Source of the DNA: Cytophagales bacterium
Lineage (GTDB): Bacteria; Bacteroidota; Bacteroidia; Cytophagales; CCMP332
NCBI GenBank assembly: GCA_965227315.1
Contig: OZ245737.1
Span: forward strand, 859,517-923,516
Direction of reading: 5' to 3'
Length of the DNA: 64,000 nucleotides
Below are positions 1-9,346 of the stretch, piece by piece. The notes under the pieces are model-generated. The model made no database searches, was not told where the DNA came from, and was given only the letters and a program-made list of their open reading frames with translations. Within the stretch, counting starts at the first letter, position 1. Each line of letters starts with the position of its first letter. The position numbers and the translations under genes are program-made.

Positions 1-488
1 TAAGCCTTCAAACCACTATCGACCCGATCTACATGAAGTTGACAAACCATTCTTTCAACGAATTGATATACGGGATCAGATCTCGCTTTGGAGGGCAGCC
101 CATAGAGATGTCGGAGTCCGGATTAAAATATGCAAGAGCCATTAAATCAGGGCATGCGATTGCCAATGTCGGAGATCAAATACCGCCCAAAACCGGTGCT
201 GATGTACTCTGGATCCCTTTTTTTGGAATTGATACCGCATGGTTCACCGGTCAGGAGCAGCTGAGCAAAATGTTCAAAATGACTCCGCTCTTCCTCTGGG
301 TTGAAAATCCCAAAAGGGGATTTTATGAGATCGAGTTTATTCCCCTGGCAGATCCCCGGAAGCCCTACAAGCAAGGTGAGGTGACAAGAAATTATGTTGA
401 AAAACTTGAGCAAATGATCCGCAGAACACCTACCGATTGGCTCTGGTCGCATAAAAGATGGAAGCATAACAGAGCAGATTTTCAATAA
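1..488 (+). CDS. Lipid A biosynthesis (lauroyl/myristoyl) acyltransferase family protein, C-terminal part; 5' end lies outside the window
   Basis: The frame is open from nt 3 with no stop before the ATG at 33, so the gene starts upstream. The C-terminal motif TPTDWLWSHKRWKH resembles the YLWLHRRFK tail of LpxL/HtrB-family acyltransferases. Confidence 0.65.
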   Translation, partial: SLQTTIDPIYMKLTNHSFNELIYGIRSRFGGQPIEMSESGLKYARAIKSGHAIANVGDQIPPKTGADVLWIPFFGIDTAWFTGQEQLSKMFKMTPLFLWVENPKRGFYEIEFIPLADPRKPYKQGEVTRNYVEKLEQMIRRTPTDWLWSHKRWKHNRADFQ

Positions 489-570
489 CCAGGGGGCACA
501 CAGAAGGGTTTTGGCTTCAGATTAGGTTTGGCTTTATGCATTAACTTGGGTTTTGCAAAATCCAAAGTTT

Positions 571-1242
571 ATGAGGCCATTATTTGTCCCTTTCTTGATC
601 ATATTTCTGCTTTGTTTTACAGGGCCCGATCTCCATGCTCAATCTGATACGGATTCCGTTTACCTTCCCATCAAAAAGGGAAACTGGTTAGCGGTGCTCA
701 ACGGAAATCTATCTTCTGTGAACCTGGATCGCTTTGCCGGCTCGCAATCCCAGATAAACCTTACCAACGAATATGACTTTAATATTTCCTCCGGTTATTT
801 CTTCGTTGATCGACTTGCTTTTGGGATCACCTTTGACGCCTCCAGGGCCGAAACCAGGAGAATTTCAGAAGTGATCACCGAAAGATTTTCGATCGGCCCG
901 TTCGTGCGCTTCTACCTCAAAAAGAATCCCAACGGATCCATGTTCATCACCGGGGGATTGCTTTACGGACAAATCACAGAGACCAACAGGGTCAATATAC
1001 CTCAATCGGATTTTGAAGTTTTGCTATTTGGCAAGGGGCCCGGGGTTTTCGGCGGGCTTGGCTACTCTCATTTTTTGACCAAGCATATAGGTCTTGATGT
1101 CAGCCTCAGGTATGACTTCCTGTACCTTCAGACCGAGGTACATGATAGTAGCACAAATACCAAGACCATAGAAGACATCAGCGCATTAAGGTCATATTTT
1201 GGCTTTGGGTTCGTCATCATCATTCCGGAATTCGCTTTTTAG
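571..1242 (+). CDS. Outer-membrane beta-barrel protein (small porin-like OMP)
   Basis: The ATG at 571 gives signal peptide MRPLFVPFLIIFLLCFTGPDLHAQ. The sequence shows alternating hydrophobic beta-strand patterns and a C-terminal aromatic residue (..PEFAF). The TTG at 553 is an alternative start. Confidence 0.6.
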   Translation: MRPLFVPFLIIFLLCFTGPDLHAQSDTDSVYLPIKKGNWLAVLNGNLSSVNLDRFAGSQSQINLTNEYDFNISSGYFFVDRLAFGITFDASRAETRRISEVITERFSIGPFVRFYLKKNPNGSMFITGGLLYGQITETNRVNIPQSDFEVLLFGKGPGVFGGLGYSHFLTKHIGLDVSLRYDFLYLQTEVHDSSTNTKTIEDISALRSYFGFGFVIIIPEFAF

Positions 1243-2349
1243 ATGAACAGGTTTTTCAAGGCGATACTGTTTCTTCTCTTGTGTGCCGATGTGTTTGGAC
1301 AGGATCCCGACATGGAATATTTCAAAACCGATACTATCGGTTCAGATAAGAATGTACAACTGCTGGGAATACCGGTGGCCTTCTACACGCCCGAAACAGA
1401 TTTCGGATTTGGTGCCGGTGCGCAATGGTTCTTTTACCATAAGAAAAACGTATATAATCAACGTGTTTCCAATCTTTTGGTGACGGCTGTATATACTACC
1501 AAAAATCAGATCCTGATCGACGCCAAGCCTCAAATGTATTTTTTGCGGGGAGACTATTTTCTTGATGGGATCTTCAAATTCAAGATATTCCCAAACACCT
1601 TTTGGGGAATTGGGAACGATACGCCTGAGGAAGCCGCCGAGAGCTACAATATGAAAACCATCATTGTCAAGGCGGCTTTTCTGAAGAGGCTCCCTCCGGA
1701 CCTGAATTTTGGATTTGAATATAATTATGAGCAGGATATCATGCTCGAAGTAGAGCCGGAAGGGCAACTGGCCACAGATACGATTCCCGGTTCCAGGGGA
1801 GCGATCATCTCAGGGGTTTCGGTCATCTTCAATCTCGATGACAGGAGCGATCAATTCAACCCCAAGTCAGGTCAATTGCTTCAGTTCAACGGAGGGTTTT
1901 CAAGTAAGGCCATGGGAGCGACATTCGGATATTCCAAATTCATCATCGATTTCAGAAAGTTCTGGCCTATCGGCAAGAAGTTCGTCTTCGCAGGCCAGGC
2001 ATATCTGGAGAATACTTTTGGAGAGGTTCCCTTTCAAACGATGGCCTGGCTGGGAGGCGGCGAAAGAATGAGGGGCTACTTCCGTGGCAGATACATCGAC
2101 AAAAACATGCTTGTCCTGCAGACCGAGATCAGACATCAATTTCTGCCCCGTTTTCAATGGGCTGCCTTTGCAGCCATGGGAGATGTGGTTCCAACCCCTT
2201 CACAGTACCTGAGAACCGCCAAATACTCCTTCGGAGGGGGAATCAGGTTCCAGGTGTTGAAATCCACCCCTACGTTGATCAGGCTTGACTTTGGAATCAA
2301 TGGTGAAGGAAATTCCGGGGTCTACTTTGGCGTAAACCAGGCCTTCTGA
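1243..2349 (+). CDS. Omp85/BamA-family outer-membrane barrel (surface antigen D15-like), no POTRA region
   Basis: Signal peptide MNRFFKAILFLLLCADVFGQ, the Omp85-type motif GGGERMRGYFRGRY, and a terminal ..GVNQAF. The ATG directly follows the TAG of the preceding OMP gene. Confidence 0.65.
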   Translation: MNRFFKAILFLLLCADVFGQDPDMEYFKTDTIGSDKNVQLLGIPVAFYTPETDFGFGAGAQWFFYHKKNVYNQRVSNLLVTAVYTTKNQILIDAKPQMYFLRGDYFLDGIFKFKIFPNTFWGIGNDTPEEAAESYNMKTIIVKAAFLKRLPPDLNFGFEYNYEQDIMLEVEPEGQLATDTIPGSRGAIISGVSVIFNLDDRSDQFNPKSGQLLQFNGGFSSKAMGATFGYSKFIIDFRKFWPIGKKFVFAGQAYLENTFGEVPFQTMAWLGGGERMRGYFRGRYIDKNMLVLQTEIRHQFLPRFQWAAFAAMGDVVPTPSQYLRTAKYSFGGGIRFQVLKSTPTLIRLDFGINGEGNSGVYFGVNQAF

Positions 2350-4794
2350 TCACTCATCACGAATAATATCCGCCGGGTTGGAGATCGATGAACGATAGGT
2401 TTGTAACCCTATGGTCAACATGACGGAAAGCAGGGTAATACCTATTCCAAGTGCATAATCGGTGAACTGCCAATGAACCCTGATCGCATATTCGGATAGC
2501 ACTTCATTGCTCAAAATAATGCTCAAAGGAAGAGCAACAACCATAGCAAGAACAAAGGGAAGTGCGTATCCCCTGGTCAACAGGTAGGCAATTGAAAGAG
2601 TTGAAGCACCAAGAACCTTCCTTATCCCGATCTCCTTTTCACGCTGCCTGGCAATGAAGCGGATCAGGCCATAGGAGCCAAGCGCTGCTACGATCAATGC
2701 AAGCAATGACAATATTCGAACGATCACGGCCAGGTTTTGATCCGAGCTATATTCTTCGGCCAGAAGATCTTCTAAAAACCTGTAATCAAAAACTTTCTCA
2801 GGGAACAACTCTTCCCATATTTCGCCGATCTTGACGATTTCTCCCTGCAATTCATCTCCCGCCAGGTTAATTGAAAAATTGGTAAAGTGTGGAACCCCGA
2901 TATACATGATCAATGGACCGATCTCCGAGCGGAGCGACTGATAATAAAAATCTGAATAAACCCCGATCACCTTTCCTTCTCTGCCTTCCATGTTGATCAT
3001 TTTTCCAATGGCATTTTCAGGGTTTCCCCAATTAAAGTACTCAACAGCGGTTTCATTGATCAGGAAAGCATCAAGATGGTCCGTACCCCTACCCTTATCC
3101 ATGTCTCTTCCGGCGATAATCTGGATCTCGTAGGTTTGAAGAAAGTCGTAGTCTATGGAAATGGAAGGAATGAACTCCACTTCCTCTGATTCCTTTCCAT
3201 CATAATCTGTCATCCTGGACACCGCCCCAAGTCCGGGCAGAATCGAAGAAATGGTGACTCCCTTGACCTGAGAAATCTCAGCCAACTCTTCCTCAAAAGA
3301 ATTCATCTTTGATCTGAGTTCGCCTGTAACACCACCAAAAATATTGTTGAGGTTCTGGCTGAAGATCGGTACGGTCATCACGCTTTTTGTTTCAAAACCC
3401 AATGGTTTATCGATCATAAAGTTCAGTTGCCTGAACAGGAGAAAAGATCCTGAGACCAGAAGGATGGAAATCGTGAACTGAACCCAAAGCAAAAACTGCC
3501 TGAAAGGAACTTTCCTGGTCCGGTAAGTCCATCCCTTGTCGGCTTTGAGGTTACTGACTATTTCTGTCGATGAGAGCTGTATTGCCGGATATATTCCACC
3601 TGAAATGGACAGAATAAGAAAAAGAAATATCACCCCGGTAATCGCAAGCGGAGACCAAAGGAATGAGAACCTCAGATCACTCTGCATCACCTCATTGATA
3701 CTTGGTATGGCCAGGGCAAACAGAATCAACCCACCGATCAGAGCTGCAAGAAACAGAAGGAAGGATTCACCCATGAATTGAATGGTCAGTGAGGTTCTGC
3801 TGGCCCCCATAGCCTTCTTGAGCGCGACCTCTCTGACCCTCCGAAAGGTTTGGGCCGTACTCAGGCTGATAAAATTTAAAGTTGCCATCAGCATGGTCAC
3901 CAATGCAATGAGCCCAAGCAAGGCTAGCGTCTGAATATCGTTTTGGGGCTCAGGATCAAGATGAGCATCCGAAAGCAGGTGGATGTCCAGAATAGGCTCT
4001 ACATAAAAGGACTGTCCGACCTGAAGTTGTTCCGGAGCAAAGTTCTCCAGCAGGAGATCAAGTTTCTTGTTGATCTCTTTTGGTCTGGCGCCCTTGTTCA
4101 AAAGCATATACGTTGCAGAATGGCTTATCACCCAGTTTTGAGCCAAATTCTTTGACATGAATTCATTGGCTTTGTCGTTTTCCATCTTGAACATGGCCTC
4201 ATAGGGCAAGAGCATGGAAAAATGGAGGTGAGATTGGTCCGGAAAATCCTCAACCACTCCAATGACATTCATATTCAATCTGCCAGCAACCCTGATCACT
4301 TTGCCAAGAGCATTTTCACTCCCAAAGTACTTTAAGGCTGTTTCACGGGTCAGCACTACACCAAACGGATCTTTTAAAAAATCACTTTCATTTCCCTGAA
4401 GACGTTGAATGGTGAAAATGTTCCAAAAGGCAGAGTCCACGAACAATACCCCTTCCTCCTCAAAATCAAGCTTCTCATTATTCTTGGTGATGGAAATTCC
4501 AAGATCGCGCGAATAAACCCTTGAAGAATACTGACACTCCTCTATATTCTCCGCGATCAGGGGCTGAATCGGTGGTGGCACCTGGGCATAGTGATTCCCA
4601 CTGGTTGCCTTGTAAATGATCCGGTAGATCCTGTCCGAATTCTCGTTGAACCTGTCGTAGCTGAATTCATTGTCGACATAGACAATGACGAAAAAGCAAC
4701 AACCAAGTCCAATCGACAATCCAATCACGTTGAGAGCAGTAAAAACCCTGTCTCTCCAGTGATTTCTCAACGCGGATTTAAAGAAAAATTCCAT
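2350..4794 (-). CDS. ABC transporter permease, MacB/FtsX-like with two FtsX domains
   Basis: 814 aa. An N-terminal TM helix is followed by a large periplasmic domain and a 3-TM FtsX block, and this arrangement repeats once. This is the typical Bacteroidota architecture of about 800 aa. Confidence 0.8.
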   Translation of the reverse strand: MEFFFKSALRNHWRDRVFTALNVIGLSIGLGCCFFVIVYVDNEFSYDRFNENSDRIYRIIYKATSGNHYAQVPPPIQPLIAENIEECQYSSRVYSRDLGISITKNNEKLDFEEEGVLFVDSAFWNIFTIQRLQGNESDFLKDPFGVVLTRETALKYFGSENALGKVIRVAGRLNMNVIGVVEDFPDQSHLHFSMLLPYEAMFKMENDKANEFMSKNLAQNWVISHSATYMLLNKGARPKEINKKLDLLLENFAPEQLQVGQSFYVEPILDIHLLSDAHLDPEPQNDIQTLALLGLIALVTMLMATLNFISLSTAQTFRRVREVALKKAMGASRTSLTIQFMGESFLLFLAALIGGLILFALAIPSINEVMQSDLRFSFLWSPLAITGVIFLFLILSISGGIYPAIQLSSTEIVSNLKADKGWTYRTRKVPFRQFLLWVQFTISILLVSGSFLLFRQLNFMIDKPLGFETKSVMTVPIFSQNLNNIFGGVTGELRSKMNSFEEELAEISQVKGVTISSILPGLGAVSRMTDYDGKESEEVEFIPSISIDYDFLQTYEIQIIAGRDMDKGRGTDHLDAFLINETAVEYFNWGNPENAIGKMINMEGREGKVIGVYSDFYYQSLRSEIGPLIMYIGVPHFTNFSINLAGDELQGEIVKIGEIWEELFPEKVFDYRFLEDLLAEEYSSDQNLAVIVRILSLLALIVAALGSYGLIRFIARQREKEIGIRKVLGASTLSIAYLLTRGYALPFVLAMVVALPLSIILSNEVLSEYAIRVHWQFTDYALGIGITLLSVMLTIGLQTYRSSISNPADIIRDE

Positions 4795-4909
4795 TTGTGG
4801 CTTGGGCTACAAAGAAAATACTGAGTAACTTTTGCACCTTGATTTAAATGATAAAAGGGCTCTTACCCCCATAAGTGGAAAGTCTACCTTTTTCTGACCA
4901 GTTACTAAA

Positions 4910-5158
4910 TTGACCGTACCTAGCAAAACCGAGTTCGATGCCAAAAAAAGGGAACAGAAGATCGATATCCTTTTAAAGATGGGCTCATATCTGTACTGGA
5001 AGCGGGAAGAAGGTTATAATCTCTATCTCTACTCCCTCGGGGATTTCTATGTACAGCTCTGGCTTTCGCGCACAACGGCGAAAATCGTGAAGCTGGAGTC
5101 ATTTTCCTCTGACGATGCCCTGCTCCCATTTGTGGATGACATCGAACTACCCGAATAA
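4910..5158 (+). CDS. Hypothetical small protein (82 aa)
   Basis: It is the only ORF in this gap and does not overlap neighbours. It has a non-ATG (TTG) start and no recognisable motif. Confidence 0.35.
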   Translation: MTVPSKTEFDAKKREQKIDILLKMGSYLYWKREEGYNLYLYSLGDFYVQLWLSRTTAKIVKLESFSSDDALLPFVDDIELPE

Positions 5159-5159
5159 A

Positions 5160-6467
5160 CTAACCCTCTTTTTTGAATCGCAGCAGGGGAAGAACAACCA
5201 TTCCCCGATCTCTGAAGCTTTGAAGAACATCGATCACCTCAGCAAACCTTGGGTCTTCAGTATCGAAAGGGTTATCCTGAAAATAGACCCTCTGGATTTT
5301 CTTTAAGTCCAATAAGCAGGAATCGAGGTATTCCATTGAGTTGAAGGACAGGTCCAACTCTTCAAGATCCGCCAGCTGGCAGATCTCATTAGAGAAGAAC
5401 TGAATGTTGTTATGATTCAGATCCAATACCCTCAATTTACCCAGGGATGAGATATTATTGGGGATCTCGGAAAGATGATTGTGGTGAGCATACAGGAATT
5501 CAAGGGAATCACAGAACATTAAGCCCAAAGGCAGTTCGTAGAGCTCGTTGAATGAAAGGTAGATCTTCTTCAGGTTGATCAGCTTTTCTATACCCTCATC
5601 CAGATAGCGTATTTTGTTATAGTAAATATCCAGCTCGGTGAGGTTTGGAAAATCGTATAAATAAGCCGGGTATGTGCTGATCTGATTCTTGTAGAGGATC
5701 AATCGCTCCAAAGACTGCAGTTGGACCAGCTTATGAGGCAACTCTACGATCCGGTTTTCTGCAAGTACCAATTCCTCAAGGGTCATGATCTCGAAGATGG
5801 GTTCCGGAACCTTATCTATGTTAGAACGAGCAAGATTCAGAGATCTCAAATTCCTACCATACCATAAGAATTCATATTGTCCGTGTAATGTATCTCCCAT
5901 CATGGATAGCTTTTCCAGTCGGAGTATATCCCTACCATTAATCTTTCCCGGCACCATTGGATTATAGTTCATAGAAAGGGATCTTAATGCTCTCAGCTTC
6001 CTGAGTCCTTTTGGAAAGGAAACATGATCTGCATTGTTCAAAAGCAATTGGGAAACAGAGCGATTTTTACGAAAACGATATCTACCCTTTGCCGGATCAT
6101 TGAATGAAAGATTCAGGTATTCGAGCGAGTCAAGCTTAAAGAACCACCGGGGTATTTTTTCGATGCTATTTTCAGCAAGGTTCAATCTTTTTAATCGGGT
6201 AAACTTTTTCAGTGATCTGGGAATCTCCTTCAGATCTCCGCCGCTGAGATCAAGATAAACTGTGCTGTCCGGGTTGCTTGCCGACAGGGCTTCCAGAACC
6301 TCAATTTTTCGAATCGAATCCTGCTTTGCCTTTTTTTTCAGGTACAGGGCCCTTCTTTGGGCATCAAGAGAATCCTGGGAGTTGGAGACCCTATCCTGTG
6401 AAAACAGGTTCCCAAGAATAAAAAAGGAGCATAAAGAAAGTAAAACCCTTGCCTGCATGTAGTCCAA
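5160..6467 (-). CDS. Secreted leucine-rich repeat (LRR) protein
   Basis: Signal peptide ..LLSLCSFFILGNLFSQ, followed by about 14 repeats of LxxLxLxxNxIxxIP type, e.g. LKRLNLAENSIEKIP, LEELVLAENRIVELP, LRVLDLNHNNIQFF. Confidence 0.8.
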   Translation of the reverse strand: MDYMQARVLLSLCSFFILGNLFSQDRVSNSQDSLDAQRRALYLKKKAKQDSIRKIEVLEALSASNPDSTVYLDLSGGDLKEIPRSLKKFTRLKRLNLAENSIEKIPRWFFKLDSLEYLNLSFNDPAKGRYRFRKNRSVSQLLLNNADHVSFPKGLRKLRALRSLSMNYNPMVPGKINGRDILRLEKLSMMGDTLHGQYEFLWYGRNLRSLNLARSNIDKVPEPIFEIMTLEELVLAENRIVELPHKLVQLQSLERLILYKNQISTYPAYLYDFPNLTELDIYYNKIRYLDEGIEKLINLKKIYLSFNELYELPLGLMFCDSLEFLYAHHNHLSEIPNNISSLGKLRVLDLNHNNIQFFSNEICQLADLEELDLSFNSMEYLDSCLLDLKKIQRVYFQDNPFDTEDPRFAEVIDVLQSFRDRGMVVLPLLRFKKEG

Positions 6468-6502
6468 AAAAAGTCCAAGGTCTCTCAGTAAACAAATCCG
6501 AT

Positions 6503-6510
6503 TACTTTTG
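6503..6510 (+). promoter_or_regulatory. Candidate Bacteroidota sigma-A -7 element (TAnnTTTG)
   Basis: TACTTTTG is a perfect match to TAnnTTTG and lies 21 nt upstream of the ATG at 6531. No -33 element was checked. Confidence 0.25.
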
Positions 6511-6530
6511 CGGCTCGATTTTGATGTAGG

Positions 6531-7301
6531 ATGAAAAAGATCATCAGTTATCTGATTAGGTTCGTTCCAAGACCATTTTTACAGAGAATTAGTCCGATCG
6601 GTCTGAAGATCGTTGGGATCTTTTATGCCGGGAACAATGTGGAATGTCCGATCATCGAAAAAAAATACAGGAAATTTCTTCCCTATGGAAGGTTGCATCC
6701 GAGGGATAATGCCTTGTGTCCCGGAAGTCTGTCGCTTGAAAGGCACCGGCTGCTTTGGTTGTTCCTGAAAAACGAAACCGATTTTTTCAGCGCCCAAAAG
6801 AAATTCCTTCATGTGGCTCCTGAGCAATGCTACCTCAAACCATTCCGTGCATCAAGAAATTTGGAATATATAACCGCGGACATCGTCTCTCCCCTTGCTG
6901 ATGTCAAAATGGATCTTCATGATATTCCTTTCGGGGAAAGTGAATTTGATGTTCTCATGGCGAATCATGTTATGGAACATGTTAAAGATGATCACAGATG
7001 CATGAGTGAGATCTATCGTGTGTTAAAGCCGAACGGCTTTGCGATCATGCAGGTACCGATCGATTACAACAACCCAAAAACCGAGGAGGATCCTAACATC
7101 ACCGATCCGGCAGAGCGGGAAAGACTTTATTGGCAAAGAGATCATGTTCGCTTGTACGGGCTTGATTATGCGGAAAAGCTCCGTTCCGTAGGTTTTGACG
7201 TCGATGAGATCCCCTATGCAAAAAAACTTGGAGAGGAGGCGATCCGAAGGTATGCCCTTCCGGCTGAAGAAATTATCTACTTCTGTAGAAAACCCGCTTA
7301 A
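6531..7301 (+). CDS. Class I SAM-dependent methyltransferase (Methyltransf_11-like)
   Basis: The motifs LHVAPE...ADI...DLHDIPF...FDVLMANHVMEHV...VLKPNGFAIMQVP match type-11 methyltransferase spacing. Confidence 0.7.
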   Translation: MKKIISYLIRFVPRPFLQRISPIGLKIVGIFYAGNNVECPIIEKKYRKFLPYGRLHPRDNALCPGSLSLERHRLLWLFLKNETDFFSAQKKFLHVAPEQCYLKPFRASRNLEYITADIVSPLADVKMDLHDIPFGESEFDVLMANHVMEHVKDDHRCMSEIYRVLKPNGFAIMQVPIDYNNPKTEEDPNITDPAERERLYWQRDHVRLYGLDYAEKLRSVGFDVDEIPYAKKLGEEAIRRYALPAEEIIYFCRKPA

Positions 7302-8260
7302 AGACCGACTCTTTCACCGATCTGGTATTCGCTCTTGTTATTGGAATCCAGGTTGATCAATTCGGCCAGATAACCCGCAAGGAAGAGTTGGACCCCGACT
7401 ATGATCCCTACCAAAGCGATATAGAACAGGGGTTGATCGACAATATCCCTGACCTTCAGGCCTTGTGAAATACCATAGATCTTTTGAAAAATGATGGTGA
7501 GACTGATGATAAAACCCACCAGGAAAGAAAGCGAGCCCAAAGTACCAAAGAAATGCATTGGTCTCCTCTTGAACTTGGTGATAAACGAAATGGAAAGCAG
7601 ATCCAAAAATCCATAAACAAATCGCTCCAAGCCAAACTTGGTTGAGCCAAATTTCCTGGCACGATGTTCAACCACCTTTTCCCCGATCTTTTTGAATCCC
7701 TTCCACTTTGCCAGAAAGGGAATATAACGATGCATCTCACCATATACATCTATTGACTGCACCACCTCTAACCTGTAAGCCTTGAGTCCGCAGTTAAAAT
7801 CATGGAGTTTTATTCCGGAAAATCCTCTGGCCACCTTATTGAAAAGCTTTGTGGGAATGGTTTTCGTGATCGGGTCAAATCGCTTTTTCTTCCAGCCGGA
7901 TACCATGTCATACCCATCCTTTCGGATCATCCTGTATAATTCAGGGATCTCGTCAGGGCTGTCCTGCATATCGGCATCCATGGTGATCACCACGTTCCCG
8001 GTACAGACTTTGAAACCTTCGTTCAAAGCAGCCGACTTGCCATAATTTCTTCTGAATTTTATTCCCTTGATATTGGGATCCTGTTCCGCCTGCTGCCGAA
8101 TCACTTCCCATGACCTGTCCTCACTCCCGTCATCAACGAGAATGATCTCGTAGGCCAGGCCATTTTCGGAAAGCACACGCTTATTCCAGGCGATCAGTTC
8201 AGGAAGGCTTTCCTCCTCGTTATACAAGGGAACAACAATGGAGATATCAGGATTCGGCAT
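7298..8260 (-). CDS. Family 2 glycosyltransferase (polyprenol-phosphate sugar transferase-like, with C-terminal TM helices)
   Basis: SIVVPLYNEEESL, ILVDDGSEDRS and the DADMQD (DxD) motif, plus two C-terminal TM helices. Confidence 0.85.
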   Translation of the reverse strand: MPNPDISIVVPLYNEEESLPELIAWNKRVLSENGLAYEIILVDDGSEDRSWEVIRQQAEQDPNIKGIKFRRNYGKSAALNEGFKVCTGNVVITMDADMQDSPDEIPELYRMIRKDGYDMVSGWKKKRFDPITKTIPTKLFNKVARGFSGIKLHDFNCGLKAYRLEVVQSIDVYGEMHRYIPFLAKWKGFKKIGEKVVEHRARKFGSTKFGLERFVYGFLDLLSISFITKFKRRPMHFFGTLGSLSFLVGFIISLTIIFQKIYGISQGLKVRDIVDQPLFYIALVGIIVGVQLFLAGYLAELINLDSNNKSEYQIGERVGL

Positions 8261-8803
8261 CTATATGTCTCTCTCCTGCTCTTTTCTTTTCACAATAGCA
8301 CCGACGATCAGAGCGACGATCCCGTAGAAGACCCAAGCGATGAAATACCCCTTGATCATTCCCAGTGCCGTAAATCGGTCATAGGTATCCTGCTCTGCCT
8401 GGTCCAATGCCTCATCTATAGCATCATCCGGGGTATCAAATCTTTCCATAAGAGCTTCCGTATTGTCCAATGAAGCCTGCACTATGACATCCACCGCACC
8501 AGGATCGATCACAACGAAGAGCAAAAGATTGAAAAGTGTGCCGATCAGGCCAGCGACGGCCAGTATCCCAAAAGAGTAGATGAAAGCATTCTTGAAGGAA
8601 ATATAACCCCCCAGTGCTTTCCGGTTCCGGACCGAAAAAACAAATACCATGGCAAAGGAAAAAACGAGGATAAAGGCCAGGTATTTAAGACTGGCAAAGG
8701 CAGTCACATCAACGATGTATGACAACAATCCTATGATCACGCTCAAGAGACCAAAAATGGCTCCATCCTTGATGATCTGTTTCATTGAATCATTTGACTC
8801 CAT
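8261..8803 (-). CDS. DUF4199-like small polytopic membrane protein
   Basis: It has 4-5 TM helices with an acidic helical insert (DNTEALMERFDTPDDAIDEALDQAEQD). The start is taken at MESNDS (8803) rather than 8839 to reduce overlap with the upstream gene. Its stop abuts the GT2 start. Confidence 0.5.
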   Translation of the reverse strand: MESNDSMKQIIKDGAIFGLLSVIIGLLSYIVDVTAFASLKYLAFILVFSFAMVFVFSVRNRKALGGYISFKNAFIYSFGILAVAGLIGTLFNLLLFVVIDPGAVDVIVQASLDNTEALMERFDTPDDAIDEALDQAEQDTYDRFTALGMIKGYFIAWVFYGIVALIVGAIVKRKEQERDI

Positions 8804-9341
8804 GGCTATTTTTTTTACGAAAGTAATTGGGCAGAGCAAAAAATAAAAGCATGAACAAAATGGTAAAAGGAAACCCGATGAGAACTTTTTTGATCAGATC
8901 ATCCATTAGGATCACTCCTACCCCTGTTTTCTCAAGGTTTTGCCTGGCCAATGCAAACTCTTCTTCCCCCGAGAACCGAATGTAGACCTCCTTGTTGCTT
9001 TCCAAAAATTCCATGGCCTCAAGCAAATAGGAATCCACCGTTCCCGGAAATGCCTTGAGGAAAAGCGAAAAGATCATCAGATAAAGAAGGGGGCCTGTAA
9101 TGGCAATACCCAATCCAAAAACGCCCATTTCCAGGATCTTTCGTTTCCCCAGAGTAGAATAATGAAAATGAGCAATGCTACCGCCGACCACAAATGGAAC
9201 AAAGAGCGCCTGAAGAGGACTGTATTGCCGCCCCAGCGGATTGAACCCAAGAAAATAGGTGCCAAAGAGAATAACAGCGTAAACAAGGGCCCCCACCAGG
9301 GAGTATGCCAAAATGGTCTTAAACAGGTTTTGGCTTTTCAA
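8790..9341 (-). CDS. DUF4199-like small polytopic membrane protein (second copy)
   Basis: It has the same architecture as the neighbouring gene: N-terminal TM helices, a helical soluble insert and a terminal TM helix. Confidence 0.45.
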   Translation of the reverse strand: MKSQNLFKTILAYSLVGALVYAVILFGTYFLGFNPLGRQYSPLQALFVPFVVGGSIAHFHYSTLGKRKILEMGVFGLGIAITGPLLYLMIFSLFLKAFPGTVDSYLLEAMEFLESNKEVYIRFSGEEEFALARQNLEKTGVGVILMDDLIKKVLIGFPFTILFMLLFFALPNYFRKKNSHGVK

Positions 9342-9346
9342 TGGCT

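Noticed and set aside
147-485. A 112-aa minus-strand ORF, and the similar antisense ORFs at 1342-1767 and 12849-13241.
   Set aside because: They are antisense to genes with recognisable family motifs (LpxL-like, Omp85-like, nitroreductase) and have no features of their own.
4840-4850. GTAACTTTTGC and similar TATTTTG-like strings (also near 53676 and upstream of the giant gene near 50440) as Bacteroidota -7 promoter boxes.
   Set aside because: They miss the TAnnTTTG spacing by one base, so they are not reported as features. Only the perfect match at 6503-6510 is kept, at low confidence.
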